Shown: positions 1 to 13,375 of the stretch, one piece after another
Numbering within the stretch: the first letter of the stretch is position 1
Layout: the number at the start of each line of letters is the position of its first letter
From: Laetmonice hystrix
Lineage: Eukaryota
DNA: 64,000 nt
Assembly (NCBI GenBank): GCA_965235115.1
Contig: OZ249436.1
Span: 27,406,001 to 27,470,000 of the forward strand
Direction: 5' to 3'
The notes under the pieces: model-generated
The model's database searches: none
What the model was told of the DNA's origin: nothing
The model's input: the letters and a program-made list of their open reading frames with translations, nothing else
Translations under genes and position numbers: made by a program

Positions 1-3000
1 GCCATACACAGACAGTGGCCGCCCCGCCGTGTACGCCGCGAGCCCCTTTAAGTGGAGTGTCGGCGGCCGGGACTGTGCAGCTGCAGGCGGAGCACGAACT
101 GGCCGCCTTCCAACACGCCGTATACATTGCGTGTACATACATATATGTGGTTGTAATTTAACCGCCACTCCACGCGCTTCACAAACTATATATTACCACG
201 GGCAGAACAGGAGGACAAAGAGGAAGGGATTATATGTACTCGCATGCAATAAGTCCCATGGAAATTACTCCTTCTAAAATAGCCATGGCGGCGGTATTTT
301 ATGATTGCGATGGCTGGGTACTCCGTCTGAAGTGGGCCCGAGGTGTTGGTAATGGCACTGAAGGGTCGTCATTACCTGGTGTCATATTTACAAAGCGAAC
401 CACTTACCTTCTTTTTATGAGGTCATATTGAAGTGGTATTGCATAAAAGAAAGTGATGGTATAGCTCCTTTTTTACCGAATACCTTGTTTGGTATACAAT
501 GGAGTATACCATGGAGTATACATTAGTTGATAAAGCGGTAGTATAAATTATGTAAGTGAGAGGTATTTTTATTGCAAATGCTGTCGGTATTAAGTCACCA
601 GAAACCACGCAGAGAGCAGATTAAAGAAAATATTTTTTTCTTTAGCCAGCGAGTAGGTCAGGGCATGTCTTGGAGTTAAGTCTTTGAAACTTAACCAGTA
701 ATAGCAACGGTTGCTACATAGCCTCATGTAGTTTTGGAGACTGTGAGGAAATGTGTATATCATAAAAAAGAATGAGGACCTTTCACACAAATATATTCAC
801 ATTGAAACCTTATAATATTACAGAAGTATTAAATTACATTCAGACCCGGACCGACATTGGGCACATCTTCTCTTCAGTGTTAAACAAATTTGAAATGTCA
901 GGGTGCATTGTAAAGACTAGGAAAACCTATTGGTAATACAAAAATGAATGTTACTCATTGTTCACAAAGACCATCTGCAGATGGGGCTCTGTGCTATAGC
1001 ATATTATTTGAAGGCCGTTGAGAGTTCCACTCCAGTGTGAGGAGTTAAGAAATGTTGACGTTGACACATTCCACACCACCTGACACCATCCACACTGAAA
1101 ACACTGCATCCCGTCTACGTTATATTTTATACTCGCATTTCTTCTATATGAGTTCGAGTTCGGGGGGAGGGGGGATCCTAAGAAAATGAACAATGAAATC
1201 TGCAATTCCGATTTTAATCCATTTCCACATTGTATGTGTCCCTCGGAGATTACGCAGAAATCAGATTTCATACCCCAGAGTGCATCCCTGTCATAATTTA
1301 CTTCAATTTAAGTCGTCAATTAAGTTGTACATTCCACGGTATAAACTACATAGCTACAACAGCTGCAAGAAGTCCCGTTGCGTACAGATGTAAGCCATCG
1401 TACTTGGAGAAGGAATCGTTGGCAACAATGCATGATAAGGTAGCCGATACGGTATTAGCATTCAACAGATAGACGGCTATCTTATTCCGTTTGTGTTTAG
1501 AATTCCCTACAGTAATGTTTACATAAGACAGCTATGGTTCTACTGCCAGCCACGTTTTCTTTCCTCCGTAAACCGTTGCCAAGTATTTTCTTTTTCAGGT
1601 TCCCACTTGTCATTATGGACCGAGAAATGAGTAGCTCAGCTGGTTTAATAGTATTCCAACCAATCTACATTGCATCCATAATTCAAGTCGGTAGTTGGAA
1701 GTGGTTCCTATATGTAAATTGTACTGGAAGGATGTTTCAAGTGAAACAGCCAAGAGGTAATTTCTATCATTGCATCTGGAAGTATTTGCTTGGCACGAAC
1801 TGTCTCGGGCTGTAACTGACAATGAGGTCACTGCTGTGGATTTTGCATCATTTTGTAAACTTGAACATTTCCATGTTGAAAGGGAATTAAGCGTGGCGCT
1901 CCGTGGCAGGCTGTTGTGCTGCGACCAGGGTTCGACCTTAAAACCAGTGACACGATGGTGATCATACATTGTCCTTGGGTGTGTATGTGTGTGTAGGCAA
2001 TGGAGAAGTCAGGGTCAGTTTCGGTCAGTGCGACACGCGCACACATTCACAACACTGTGTAAGGAATGATGGCCAGATAAAGTATTTTGGAAGAGTATTT
2101 TAGGTCAAGGTATAAATAGACAATAAAGGTGGTGACATGGATTTTTTAAAAAGTACCCGGTACGTTAATTATATATACCCAGCTGTGGCAGGCACACATG
2201 GTGTTGCAGAGAGTCTGCAGTCATTGTAATGTAATAATAACCTTTTCTTTAAACATCCATGTAAGTTTGCTAACCTAAAAAAATGGTGTAACCCTCTGTC
2301 TTGATGTTATATATTTGTAAGTTAATGAGTGAATAACTATACGTGTAGAACGTTTTGATATGCACCTACTAAAAGTGGCAAAATTTGTAATTGATGTAAT
2401 TTGGTGGAGGTGAATGCATTGTCTGTGTGGTGTGAATTAATATATTCAGGTTCAAAGAGTCAAGTTGGAATGCGATAAATTCATTGTGTTCTCTAACTCA
2501 TTTAATTATTTATAGACCCAGCCGAGCATGGTTTGGGGTGTTTCTTTCACTTGTTGTGTACTCTAAATCTGAAAGGATACCGTTTTAAACGAACAGGGTA
2601 GTAACAATTCACCAGACCTGGCCGCTGTTACTGATAAAAATAGGTTCTTACAATTGTAGCGATGAAGTAAATTATAAACAAATCATAAATGTAGCGGTGA
2701 AATAGGTTTATAAACTAATCAAATAAATGGAGCGGTATATGCAAGATAAAAGGCAAGATTATAGTAAGTATGTTACTGCTGCGGCATAAAATGTCATGTT
2801 CCAGGGAATTGGGAAAAAAAACCCAGCATGTCAAATGTAGGGAAGGAATTTAATCAAGTTGGCATTTCATTTTCATATATATAAAAAAGCGGATACACAC
2901 ACCCATGAGACATTTTCTGGAAGTCAGTATGAAGCTTGCTCTTAGTAGGAAAGTCAACCGTAATTGCTCGGACAAATTATGGTGCGAACTTACAGGCAGA

Positions 3001-4938
3001 TGGTTTGACATTGGAAATATAGCAAATGATCAAATGACAGCTATAAATGTGTCAATGGGAAACGCCTGAGATGTACGCCATGCACGCCATATACCCCGGT
3101 AAGAGTGTGCATACCATGGCAGGTTTTGGCCATCAATATATAAAGTAGGCGCATGAACCAATATCAGCGATTCCCACAGGATTGTGGTGAGTGGTTGTAA
3201 TAGTATTGTTTATTCTGGCCTAACGACATGACTCAGTGGATACGACAACGATAAAGAGGTGCTGCGCTCATTGATTGTTTGATCAATTGCCCTCTTTCGT
3301 TTCCCACATCGAATACCTCGCTAGGAATGTTGTAACTGCGTTATGAAAAAGAACATCAGTTGGAGGAACGGATTCAGTGTGTGGAAGTTTTGACTCACAT
3401 GCTGTGAGCTTACTTAGTACTTTCTGCTTTCATCCATCTTGTGGTCAGACCCAACGGGACAGTAACAGGAATTTACTTCCTGGGGTCGACTCGCCTTCAC
3501 TGCATCAAGTAAATCTTGTGGTTGGTTGGGTGGCGTTCATCTCTGACACAACAATTAGAATGAAACAGTGGCGTTCTAAAATGTGTCGGAGGAACAATAA
3601 GTACATGTATTAACCTTTGCCCCGTTTTCTTTGGTTTGACCAACAGTTTCGCCAGAACCACACACCCGAATCATTCCTAGAAACCTCTCTGACAGTCAGA
3701 CAGGCGTTGTATTTATTTACAGTTGTTTAACTTGCCAATAACACGAGAACTACACACCTGAGAGTAATCCAGATGCTGTCAGTGAGTTTCCGGTCAAACT
3801 GTGAGCAGTAGAATTTAAGTCTGTTCGGAACTTATAGCTCAAACAGGATGGGGTTGGAAGATGTTTTTCACATTTCTATCTGCAGCACAATCTTGTTGTA
3901 AAAGATTTGTATTTTGCGTTTGAACATATATCTCTATTTAATCTCCGTCCTGTACGGTCAATGAGTACACAAGTATGTCGATATCCTACTCAGACATAGC
4001 CCTAAGATCAGTGACAACAGCCCTCAGTTTCTGGTGCATTGATTTAAGGCCTCAGTAAATGTATCCCACGAAATGAGCTGGCACGAGTAAGATTATAAGG
4101 TTTAGGGTGAGGGATAGTGATTTATTTGTCATCTCTTTGGACAAAGTTTCATGGCGTTATTACAATGGAGGTGGGAGGTGTGTGTGGGTGTGTAGGGGGG
4201 GGGGGTAGCCGAACTTGGAAGGAACGTTTCACCGCGGGATCCGCAGTTCTGAACACAACCATGTGGGACTGGGTCATTACGGCAGGGCTCGTTCAATGGC
4301 CATGAGACGCAGACAGAAACCAGCTGGGGGAAACTGACCAGGTTGGGCTGCCACCCCGGCCCTGCCACACACCAGGCAAACAGGACGAACGGTAGCTCCT
4401 GATTTCACATGGCGAGCACATTTCATTCACATTGCCTGGCAGACCGAGCCCTCCCAATATATATGTACACGCCCAGTGACTGAATGTATAAAAAGAGAAA
4501 GCGCTGTGGGGATTGAATGATCAGAGCTCTGTAAATGTTGCCAGCTGGCCTGTAATGTTTGCAGAGTGTGTTCTCTGGGCCGTAGAGAACCCCCTAGTAG
4601 GAGCTCCCACTCCCCCTTCACAAGCAGTCACTACCGCAAATTGAACATCACAATTTTTTGTATACTTTTTTTTTTGGGGGGGGGGGACCCTCTGCCCCCA
4701 GCTTCCTACACCACTGACTTCGATTAGAATCTATTGATTTCAACCAACGGGGGCACCCAAAGTGTATTTTTAAGAAGTGTTCAGACTGTTGAAAGGTGCC
4801 TGGGTTGCTTGATCAATTCCAACGCTTTTGGGACGACGCTTTTTGAGTCGTCCAAGCTCAACTTCCGGTTCGTAAGTTTTATCAATTACCTGCCGTATCG
4901 GCGGTTGTTTTTTGCGGGTACTCCGGTTTCCTACAGAC

Positions 4939-5351
4939 GTCAAAGTTACTGTCTCGATATGTTGCTGAATGTTGCTGAGGTCAAAGTGACTGTCTCGATA
5001 TGTTGCTGAATGTTGCTGAGGTCAAAGTAACTGTCTCGATATGTTGCTGAATGTTGCTGAGGTCAAAGTGACTGTCTCGATATGTTGCTGAATGTTGCTG
5101 AGGTCAAAGTGACTGTCTCGATATGTTGCTGAATGTTGCTGAGGTCAAAGTGACTGTCTCGATATGTTGCTGAATGTTGCTGAGGTCAAAGTGACTGTCT
5201 CGATATGTTGCTGAATGTTGCTGAGGTCAAAGTGACTGTCTCGATATGTTGCTGAATGTTGCTGAGGTCAAAGTGACTGTCTCGATATGTTGCTGAATGT
5301 TGCTGAGGTCAAAGTGACTGTCTCGATATGTTGCTGAATGTTGCTGAGGTC
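4939..5351. repeat. Minisatellite, 41-bp unit x ~10
   Basis: Unit gtcaaagtgactgtctcgatatgttgctgaatgttgctgag. Copies are near-identical and the unit has an internal 10-bp duplication (atgttgctga). Confidence 0.97.
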
Positions 5352-5406
5352 CACACTCCAGGTCCGGATAACTTGATCTTACAACTATAGTATAGAGGTT
5401 ATGCAG

Positions 5407-5485
5407 TGACGTCATTTGGAGGGAAACATTTGGCGGAGTCGGGTCACGGTTCATTGGCTGCTATTGTCCAGGGCCTATTTATAAA
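5407..5485 (+). promoter_or_regulatory. Possible Pol II promoter (CRE, inverted CCAAT, TATA/MEF2-like box)
   Basis: TGACGTCA at 5407-5414, ATTGG at 5453-5457 and CTATTTATAAA at 5475-5485, in promoter-like order. Motif evidence only. Confidence 0.3.
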
Positions 5486-7417
5486 TGTACTTCGGTTTGT
5501 CGTCCCTCCAAAATACGTCACCTGCATAACCACAATACTCTCTGCTCCCACGGATGGCCAAATAGACTGAGTTTATGATACCGGGTCGGTTTCGTAAATA
5601 TGTATGTTACTGCGGAAAGTATGTGAACGGTCCGCCAGAATCTGATTGCTGTTATTATCGTGGTTAATTATGTATGTATGTTGACAGTGACTAATGAACC
5701 CGATGATCTATTACTAGAACTGTTGTTCGGATCGCACTGACACTTCTATATCATTTCTCATTCCATTTTTTCGGATAAACTCTCAATTGAGAGATTCCGC
5801 CGAAGTTATTGGAAGATTATAGATACATTCACTGTGTGGTTTCCATGAGGTGTACACCTGTCCGTGGAGTTAAACACCGAGGGATGATTTATGGCGGATA
5901 TTGTGTGTATCCTCGGAGCATGGTATTCTGCTCGTGTTTGAGAGAGAGATAAGTTGCCGCTACTATAATTGTATGGAAGTGTCGACAGTGGCGCAATATA
6001 GCACGGCTATCTCACCATCCATTTTATTGCTTGCCGTCACCTGTGTTACCACATCAAGGTCGGGGGCCAGATTAAAGGTATACAATGAACACAAAGACAC
6101 GCCACAAGCCCATCTGTGGCCTGGGAACTGACCTCTTCCATCCGTAACTTCCCTAAAGGTTCTGTCTACCGTCTGCGCCATTATATGGCACCATAGATTG
6201 CCGTAATTATTGTGAAGGGTCAAAAAGTGCCCGACAATACTGTATTTATTCAATACGTGGTTATAGGCTCAACTTTATACGTGCTTTATATAATCTCTCA
6301 GAAAATCAAGAGTTGTTTGTATCGGTACGTCCAAGTCTCAATGTCATACGGTTCTACTTGCATGAGTTGGTTCTCAGGAGAAAGTTGGCAGAAGTTGTTT
6401 TGTACTGTATTGGCATGACTTGTGTGCCGACTTATTTGCTGCTTCGCATTCCTCCGTATTTCAAATTACCCACACATACCTCAACAACTAACAACTCAAT
6501 TCTTTCTTCAGGTAAGGAAACACCCCCAGGTGATACCCAGGACATATTTTTCACTTAAGCAACCAGTGTAAGCATTTCTGACTTTTACCTGGTTCTTAAA
6601 AACAGTTTTCTGACACTTCCATAAAAAGAAATCACACATCAATATAGAACATGTTTTTTTACGAAGATAAAAGAGCACCAAAAAAGGTTGTGTATGTTGG
6701 TGTTATAGAAGGCCGGGTTTGTGTGGTCTGAGAGCAGTTGACGGTTGACAGGTGAGTAGTGGTAGGGGTGGCAATGCCAGCGTCATGGTAACCCTTCATC
6801 ACACAGTGAAGTGTTGTGAGCGCTGACAGATCTATTGGGTGGTGGGGGCCCTAGGAGAACCTGCTCCTCACTAAGTTAGGGCCGCCCGCCACTCGAGGCC
6901 GGTCTCCCGGGAGAGGGCCACCACCACCTGCCCCCTGCACCGCCACAGAACCGAGGGGGGCAAGAGGACAGTGCACCCCCCTGTAATGCTTGAAGAAGTG
7001 TCATTTTTGACCAGCTGGTGCCATTTGAAATTGATTTAAATATGCCCGTTCTAACCAGTTTTTGCTATACCCGAACTGTGTTTAGCTAGGGTAAGGCAGG
7101 CTTCACCACCTGAAATATGGGACAAGTACAGTCACACGGTTAAATCTGCGATGGGGGGGGGGGGGGTTGTATATTTTCACGAACGAGCCAACAAACTTCT
7201 TTATTACCTGTGTATAGCTCTAAGAAATCTTGTGCAACTGTTGTCGAAACGTGTTTTCACTTTGATTATTACCGAGACGTCACTATCAAATGGAATATGA
7301 ACCAAATGAGGCCGAACATAATTTGTAACCATAAACTAGGTGAAGTCAATTTTAACCAGATGTTGCTAGTTTGAAACCAGATGGTCGGCCGCAGTGTTGT
7401 TTCTAGGCCGAGTAAAA

Positions 7418-9947
7418 ATGAAGAGATGACACGAGGAGTCCAGTTCTACAGAGGAGGGTCGTGGGAGGAGTACAGGATGAAGAGATCAGACGAGGAGTCC
7501 AGTTCTACAGACGAGGGTCGTGGGAGGAGTACAGGATGAAGAGATGACACGAGGAGTCCAGTTCTACAGACGAGGGTCGTGGGAGGAGTACAGGATGAAG
7601 AGATGGCACGAGGAGTCCAGTTCTACAGACGAGGGTCGTGGGAGGAGTACAGGATGAAGAGATGGCACGAGGAGTCCAGTTCTACAGACGAGGGTCGTGG
7701 GAGGAGTACAGGATGAAGAGATGACACGAGGAGTCCAGTTCTACAGACGAGGGTCGTGGGAGGAGTACAGGATGAAGAGATCAGACGAGGAGTCCAGTTC
7801 TACAGACGAGGGTCGTGGGAGGAGTACAGGATGAAGAGATCAGACGAGGAGTCCAGTTCTACAGACGAGGGTCGTGGGAGGAGTACAGGATGAAGAGATC
7901 AGACGAGGAGTCCAGTTCTACAGAGGAGGGTCGTGGGAGGAGTACAGGATGAAGAGATCAGACGAGGAGTCCAGTTCTACAGAGGAGGGTCGTGGGAGGA
8001 GTACAGGATGAAGAGATGACACGAGGAGTCCAGTTCTACAGACGAGGGTCGTGGGAGGAGTACAGGATGAAGAGATGACACGAGGAGTCCAGTTCTACAG
8101 ACGAGGGTCGTGGGAGGAGAACAGGATGAAGAGATGACACGAGGAGTCTAGTTCTACAGACGAGGGTCGTGGGAGGAGAACAGGATGAAGAGATGACACG
8201 AGGAGTCCAGTTCTACAGACGAGGGTCGTGGGAGGAGTACAGTATGAAGAGATGACACGAGGAGTCCAGTTCTACAGACGAGGGTCGTGGGAGGAGTACA
8301 GGATGAAGAGATCAGACGAGGAGTCCAGTTCTACAGACGAGGGTCGTGGGAGGAGTACAGGATGAAGAGATGACACGAGGAGTCCAGTTCTACAGACGAG
8401 GGTCGTGGGAGGAGTACAGGATGAAGAGATGACACGAGGAGTCCAGTTCTACAGACGAGGGTCGTGGGAGAAGTACAGATTGAAGGGATGACACGAGGAG
8501 TCCAGTTCTACAGACGAGGGTCGTGGGAGGAGTACAGGATGAAGAGATGACACGAGGAGTCCAGTTCTACAGACGAGGGTCGTGGGAGGAGTACAGGATG
8601 AAGAGATGACACGAGGAGTCCAGTTCTACAGACGAGGGTCGTGGGAGGAGTACAGGATGAAGAGATGACACGAGGAGTTCAGTTCTACAGACGAGGGTCG
8701 TGGGAGGAGTACAGGATGAAGAGATGACACGAGGAGTCCAGTTCTACAGACGAGGGTCGTGGGAGGAGTACAGTATGAAGAGATCAGACGAGGAGTCCAG
8801 TTCTACAGACGAGGGTCGTGGGAGGAGGATGAAGAGATGACACGAGGAGTCCAGTTCTACAGACGAGGGTCGTGGGAGGAGAACAGGATGAAGAGATGAC
8901 ACGAGGAGTCCAGTTCTACAGACGAGGGTCGTGGGAGGAGTACAGTATGAAGAGATGACACGAGGAGTCCAGTTCTACAGACGAGGGTCGTGGGAGGAGT
9001 ACAGGATGAAGAGATCAGACGAGGAGTCCAGTTCTACAGAGGAGGGTCGTGGGAGGAGTACAGGATGAAGAGATGACACGAGGAGTCCAGTTCTACAGAC
9101 GAGAGTCGTGGGAGGAGTACAGGATGAAGAGATGACACGAGGAGTCCAGTTCTACAGACGAGGGTCGTGGGAGGAGTACAGGATGAAGAGATGACACGAG
9201 GAGTTCAGTTCTACAGACGAGGGTCGTGGGAGGAGGATGAAGAGATGACACGAGGAGTCCAGTTCTACAGACGAGGGTCGTGGGAGGAGTACAGGATGGA
9301 GAGATGACACGAGGAGTCCAGTTCTACAGACGAGGGTCGTGGGAGGAGTACAGGATGGAGAGATGACACGAGGAGTCCAGTTCTACAGACGAGGGTCGTG
9401 GAAGGAGTACAGGATGGAGAGATGACACGAGGAGTCCAGTTCTACAGACGAGGGTCGTGGGAGGAGTACAGGATGAAGAGATCAGACGAGGAGTCCAGTT
9501 CTACAGACGAGGGTCGTGGGAGGAGTACAGGATGAAGAGATGACACGAGGAGTCCAGTTCTACAGACGAGGGTCGTGGGAGGAGAACAGGATGAAGAGAT
9601 CAGACGAGGAGTCCAGTTCTACAGACGAGGGTCGTGGGAGGAGTACAGGATGAAGAGATGACACGAGGAGTCCAGTTCTACAGACGAGGGTCGTGGGAGG
9701 AGTACAGGATGAAGAGATGACACGAGGAGTCCAGTTCTACAGACGAGGGTCGTGGGAGGAGTACAGGATGAAGAGATGACACGAGGAGTCCAGTTCTACA
9801 GACGAGGGTCGTGGGAGGAGTACAGGATGAAGAGATGACACGAGGAGTCCAGTTCTACAGACGAGGGTCGTGGGAGGAGTACAGGATGAAGAGATCAGAC
9901 GAGGAGTCCAGTTCTACAGACGAGGGTCGTGGGAGGAGTACAGGATG
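7418..9947. repeat. Minisatellite, 59-bp purine-rich unit x ~43
   Basis: Unit atgaagagatgacacgaggagtccagttctacagacgagggtcgtgggaggagtacagg, with interspersed gacacg/cagacg/ggcacg variants and two 7-bp deletion variants. Confidence 0.97.
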
Positions 9948-10558
9948 CACAGCACGCCTGCCAGATGGTAATCTTTACGTGTGCTTCAATCAAAGTCAGT
10001 AAGATACCAGTTGTATCTGAGGGAGAGTGACCTGGGCTACAATTACCATGAGACTCGCAAGATAGGAGCAACATAATGTAGGTTAACCACAGCCTTGTAC
10101 ATGTGCACGGTTGAAAGGCAGTGGCAATGAATGGCTGACTGCAGCCTTTTTTCGGAGAATGATTATTTGTACCGGTGTGCCTTGTTTAGGGTGGTCTCCA
10201 GAAGTTCGGAGAGGGAAGTGTTAATTGAGCCAGGGACAACTTGTTCAGTTGTAATGAGAGTGATGGTGGAGGGTTTTATCTTCTCTTACCTCCTGGATCA
10301 AATAAACCCCGCCCCCCTCGTGTGAAAGGGGCGAGCGAGGGGGTACTCCTCTAATGTCTGGAGCAAAGGTATGTCTGAGGAACTTGTTATGCCAACTCTG
10401 GCCTATAATTCTTCATCCTCTGACTCCCGTACCGTAGCACTGACCAATGAGAAACAGTGAAATCTTGAAGAAATTTCCCCTTTTTGTCGGCGCTGGAGTA
10501 TTAGTGAGGTAACGATGTAAATACGTCGTGCCGCTTAGCAAGCACTGAGAAGCACTGA

Positions 10559-10870
10559 TTTTATGCTTTACTAAACGTCTCCACAGAGTTAACGTAAGCG
10601 TTCTCTGGTTTTTATGATTTACTAAACGTCTGCACAGAGTTAACGTAAGCGTTCTCTTGTTTTTATGATTTACTAAACGTCTGCACAGAGTTAACGTAAG
10701 CGTTCTCTTGTTTTTATGATTTACTAAACGTCTCCACAGAGTTAACGTAAGCGTTCTCTTGTTTTTATGATTTACTAAACGTCTGCACAGAGTTAACGTA
10801 AGCGTTCTCTTGTTTTTATGATTTACTAAACGTCTGCACAGAGTTAACGTAAGCGTTCTCTGGTTTTTAT
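10559..10870. repeat. Minisatellite, 51-bp unit x ~6
   Basis: Unit tttatgatttactaaacgtctgcacagagttaacgtaagcgttctcttgtt. It accounts for the 17-aa repeat ORF 10413..10883. Confidence 0.96.
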
Positions 10871-12931
10871 CCGTATCACACAAGAAGAGTTTCCTTGAAA
10901 CGTTTTCTGTGTTATATGTCTGTGTAGTTTCTCAAGTACAGTTCCAGTCACAGCCTTCTAGTAATGTGCGTGTCCCGTTTGCTCACATTGATATTTGCCG
11001 TTCATATGGTCGCGCTTCGCTCTCTTTCTGTCTGATAAGAATTGACATGTATTTTGTTTATTAACCAGGCCCACATGTCATCATGGAAAAAAGGTTGAAC
11101 AAAACGGGGGGGGGAGGAAAAAAGGGTGCATGCCTCACAGGTTTCGGCCTAAGAATTTGAACAAATCGGGCTGCTGTGGCCTCTTGCGCTCTTTTTCCCC
11201 CTTCAGATTTCTTCTCTTCGGTTTAAAAAAAATTAATGTTACTGATGACTTGAGAAGTGAAACAGGTTTTTTTCCTGGCTGCCTTTCGCAAGGTTTTCTA
11301 CCACTTTTCAGTGAACTAAAGATGTGTATTGCACAGCTTGTAGACACTTGTCATAACACATCAACGGAGGCATTTGTTTAAGAGGAGACAAGTACTTGTC
11401 GGCGAGCTAACAGAGACCCGATGAAAGGGGTCCGTAATGGCACCGTATGGCCCGTCATTGGGACCACGTTTGATGTTCGTCCTGTCTCATTTGTCATGAA
11501 ATGTGTGTGTGTGGGGGGGGGGGGGCACACGCATTCCTTGGCTGGGACAATCGGAGACAGTCTCGTGGAGTGGGTGGATTGTGGCAGACAGTGGCCGGGA
11601 GCATCAGTGGGACGCTGGGAGCACCACCGCCGGATTCCGGGAGCACCACAGAGGTGGCTGACTGCCTGGCGCTGTTTTTTGTTGCTATAAGCAGCATGAA
11701 CTGTTGGTTCATTACCTGTAGTCGTTGGTATGTGTCAACTGTCCCTGTCACCTTGTTATGAGCGTCTGTAAACATTTCAAGTGTTATATGAGGTAGGACT
11801 TGTTCTATGTGGTCTAACGACTTAAACGTTATCACACACATTAAGATTGCCTGTCCAGTGGCCTATTTAGATCATATGTACCGGGAGCATGACACGATAT
11901 GAAGGTCTGCATTGGCATAAAACCACATACGTGACGTGAATTAATTAATTAATTAATTAATGAAGCTTTATTGAACTCAATTTGTCGTAGTGTCAGAGTA
12001 AATTGGTTTACAATTTTACATGTTGGTAAACCAAATGGTTGCAGCCCAGTGGATCCTCTGCCCTAAATACGCCAGTGGAACTGTCCTCTATGTTGGCAAC
12101 GAGTAGAGTTCGTCAGGTGGCCAGTCCTCGACATTTGTCAGGTCTCGTCGATAGTCACTATGGTATTGGTCAGGTCATTTCGTCATACTCACTCGATCGC
12201 CCTTGGAGCATACAAAGGGCAGTAGGGCAACGTACTAAAAACAAAGATATTTTGGTCCTTCTTAGATTTCAAGGAAAGATCAAGCTGGCGTCATGTAAAT
12301 TGTCAGTGCAGCAGGGTCGAAGAAAACAATGCATCACCATGCAGAAAATCAATCCTCGGAAAGACTGCCAAGAGTGAAGTAAAGGTGATCTTGTTTTGAA
12401 AATACGGAAGGGGTAAGTGAAAATATAACGCCAGCCATAATACCACCCGGCTGCTGCTGCCTGTGCTGCTGGTATGGCCTCGTTTAAAGGTCAGCGCGGG
12501 CTGTGAGTGAGGAGGGTGCCGTACAAGTCTGGTCAGCTGGCCTATCACTGCCTGACTGGGTGGCTAGACTACCCAGGCCCGACTGAAGGAGGGGGGTGGG
12601 GGGGTCCGGGGGCACGAGATGGGGGTGGTTGGCGGGGGGTTAGGGGTAGCCGTCATACTACACCTGATTACCCCCAGTCACCAGTCAGGGAAATGGTGCA
12701 GAATTCGGCCTACCCTCGACTGGCATCTACTCTCACGTAACAAACACTGTCGTGGCTTCTGGTGCAGGAGTTCAGGGCGTACGTGTGCTATATGAAGTCA
12801 TGCAAAATATTGCATAACGATAAGAAGGTGCATGGTGGTTTTAATAAAATCACTTATTCATGTAAAGGATTTTATTTATTTTAGGTTAGATAGAGGGAAT
12901 CGTTCTCGACTGCACGGGTATCATGCTACAC

Positions 12932-13375
12932 CCAGTTCACCTTGAGAATGTTCCGAGGCCCGGCCACCAGATTACTGCGGCCAGTTCACCTTGAGAATGT
13001 TCCGAGGCCCGGCCACCAGATTACTGCGGCCAGTTCACCTTGAGAATGTTCCGAGGCCCGGTCACAAGATTACTGCGGCCAGTTCACCTTGAGAATGTTC
13101 CGAGGCCCGGCCACCAGATTACTGCGGCCAGTTCACCTTGAGAATGTTCCGAGGCCCGGCCACCAGATTACTGCGGCCAGTTCACCTTGAGAATGTTCCG
13201 AGGCCCGGCCACCAGATTACTGCGGCCAGTTCACCTTGAGAATGTTCCGAGGCCCGGCCACCAGATTACTGCGGCCAGTTCACCTTGAGAATGTTCTGAG
13301 GCCCGGTCACCAGATTACTGCGGCCAGTTCACCTTGAGAATGTTCCGAGGCCCGGTCACCAGATTACTGCGGCCA
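12932..13375. repeat. Minisatellite, 49-bp unit x 9
   Basis: Unit ccagttcaccttgagaatgttccgaggcccggccaccagattactgcgg. Confidence 0.96.

Noticed and set aside
1890..1945. tRNA/SINE B-box-like GGTTCGA
   Set aside because: No cloverleaf and no properly spaced A-box.
4625..4716. Possible MITE remnant ending …cttcctacaccactg
   Set aside because: Only one end looks terminal and there is no adequate matching inverted repeat.
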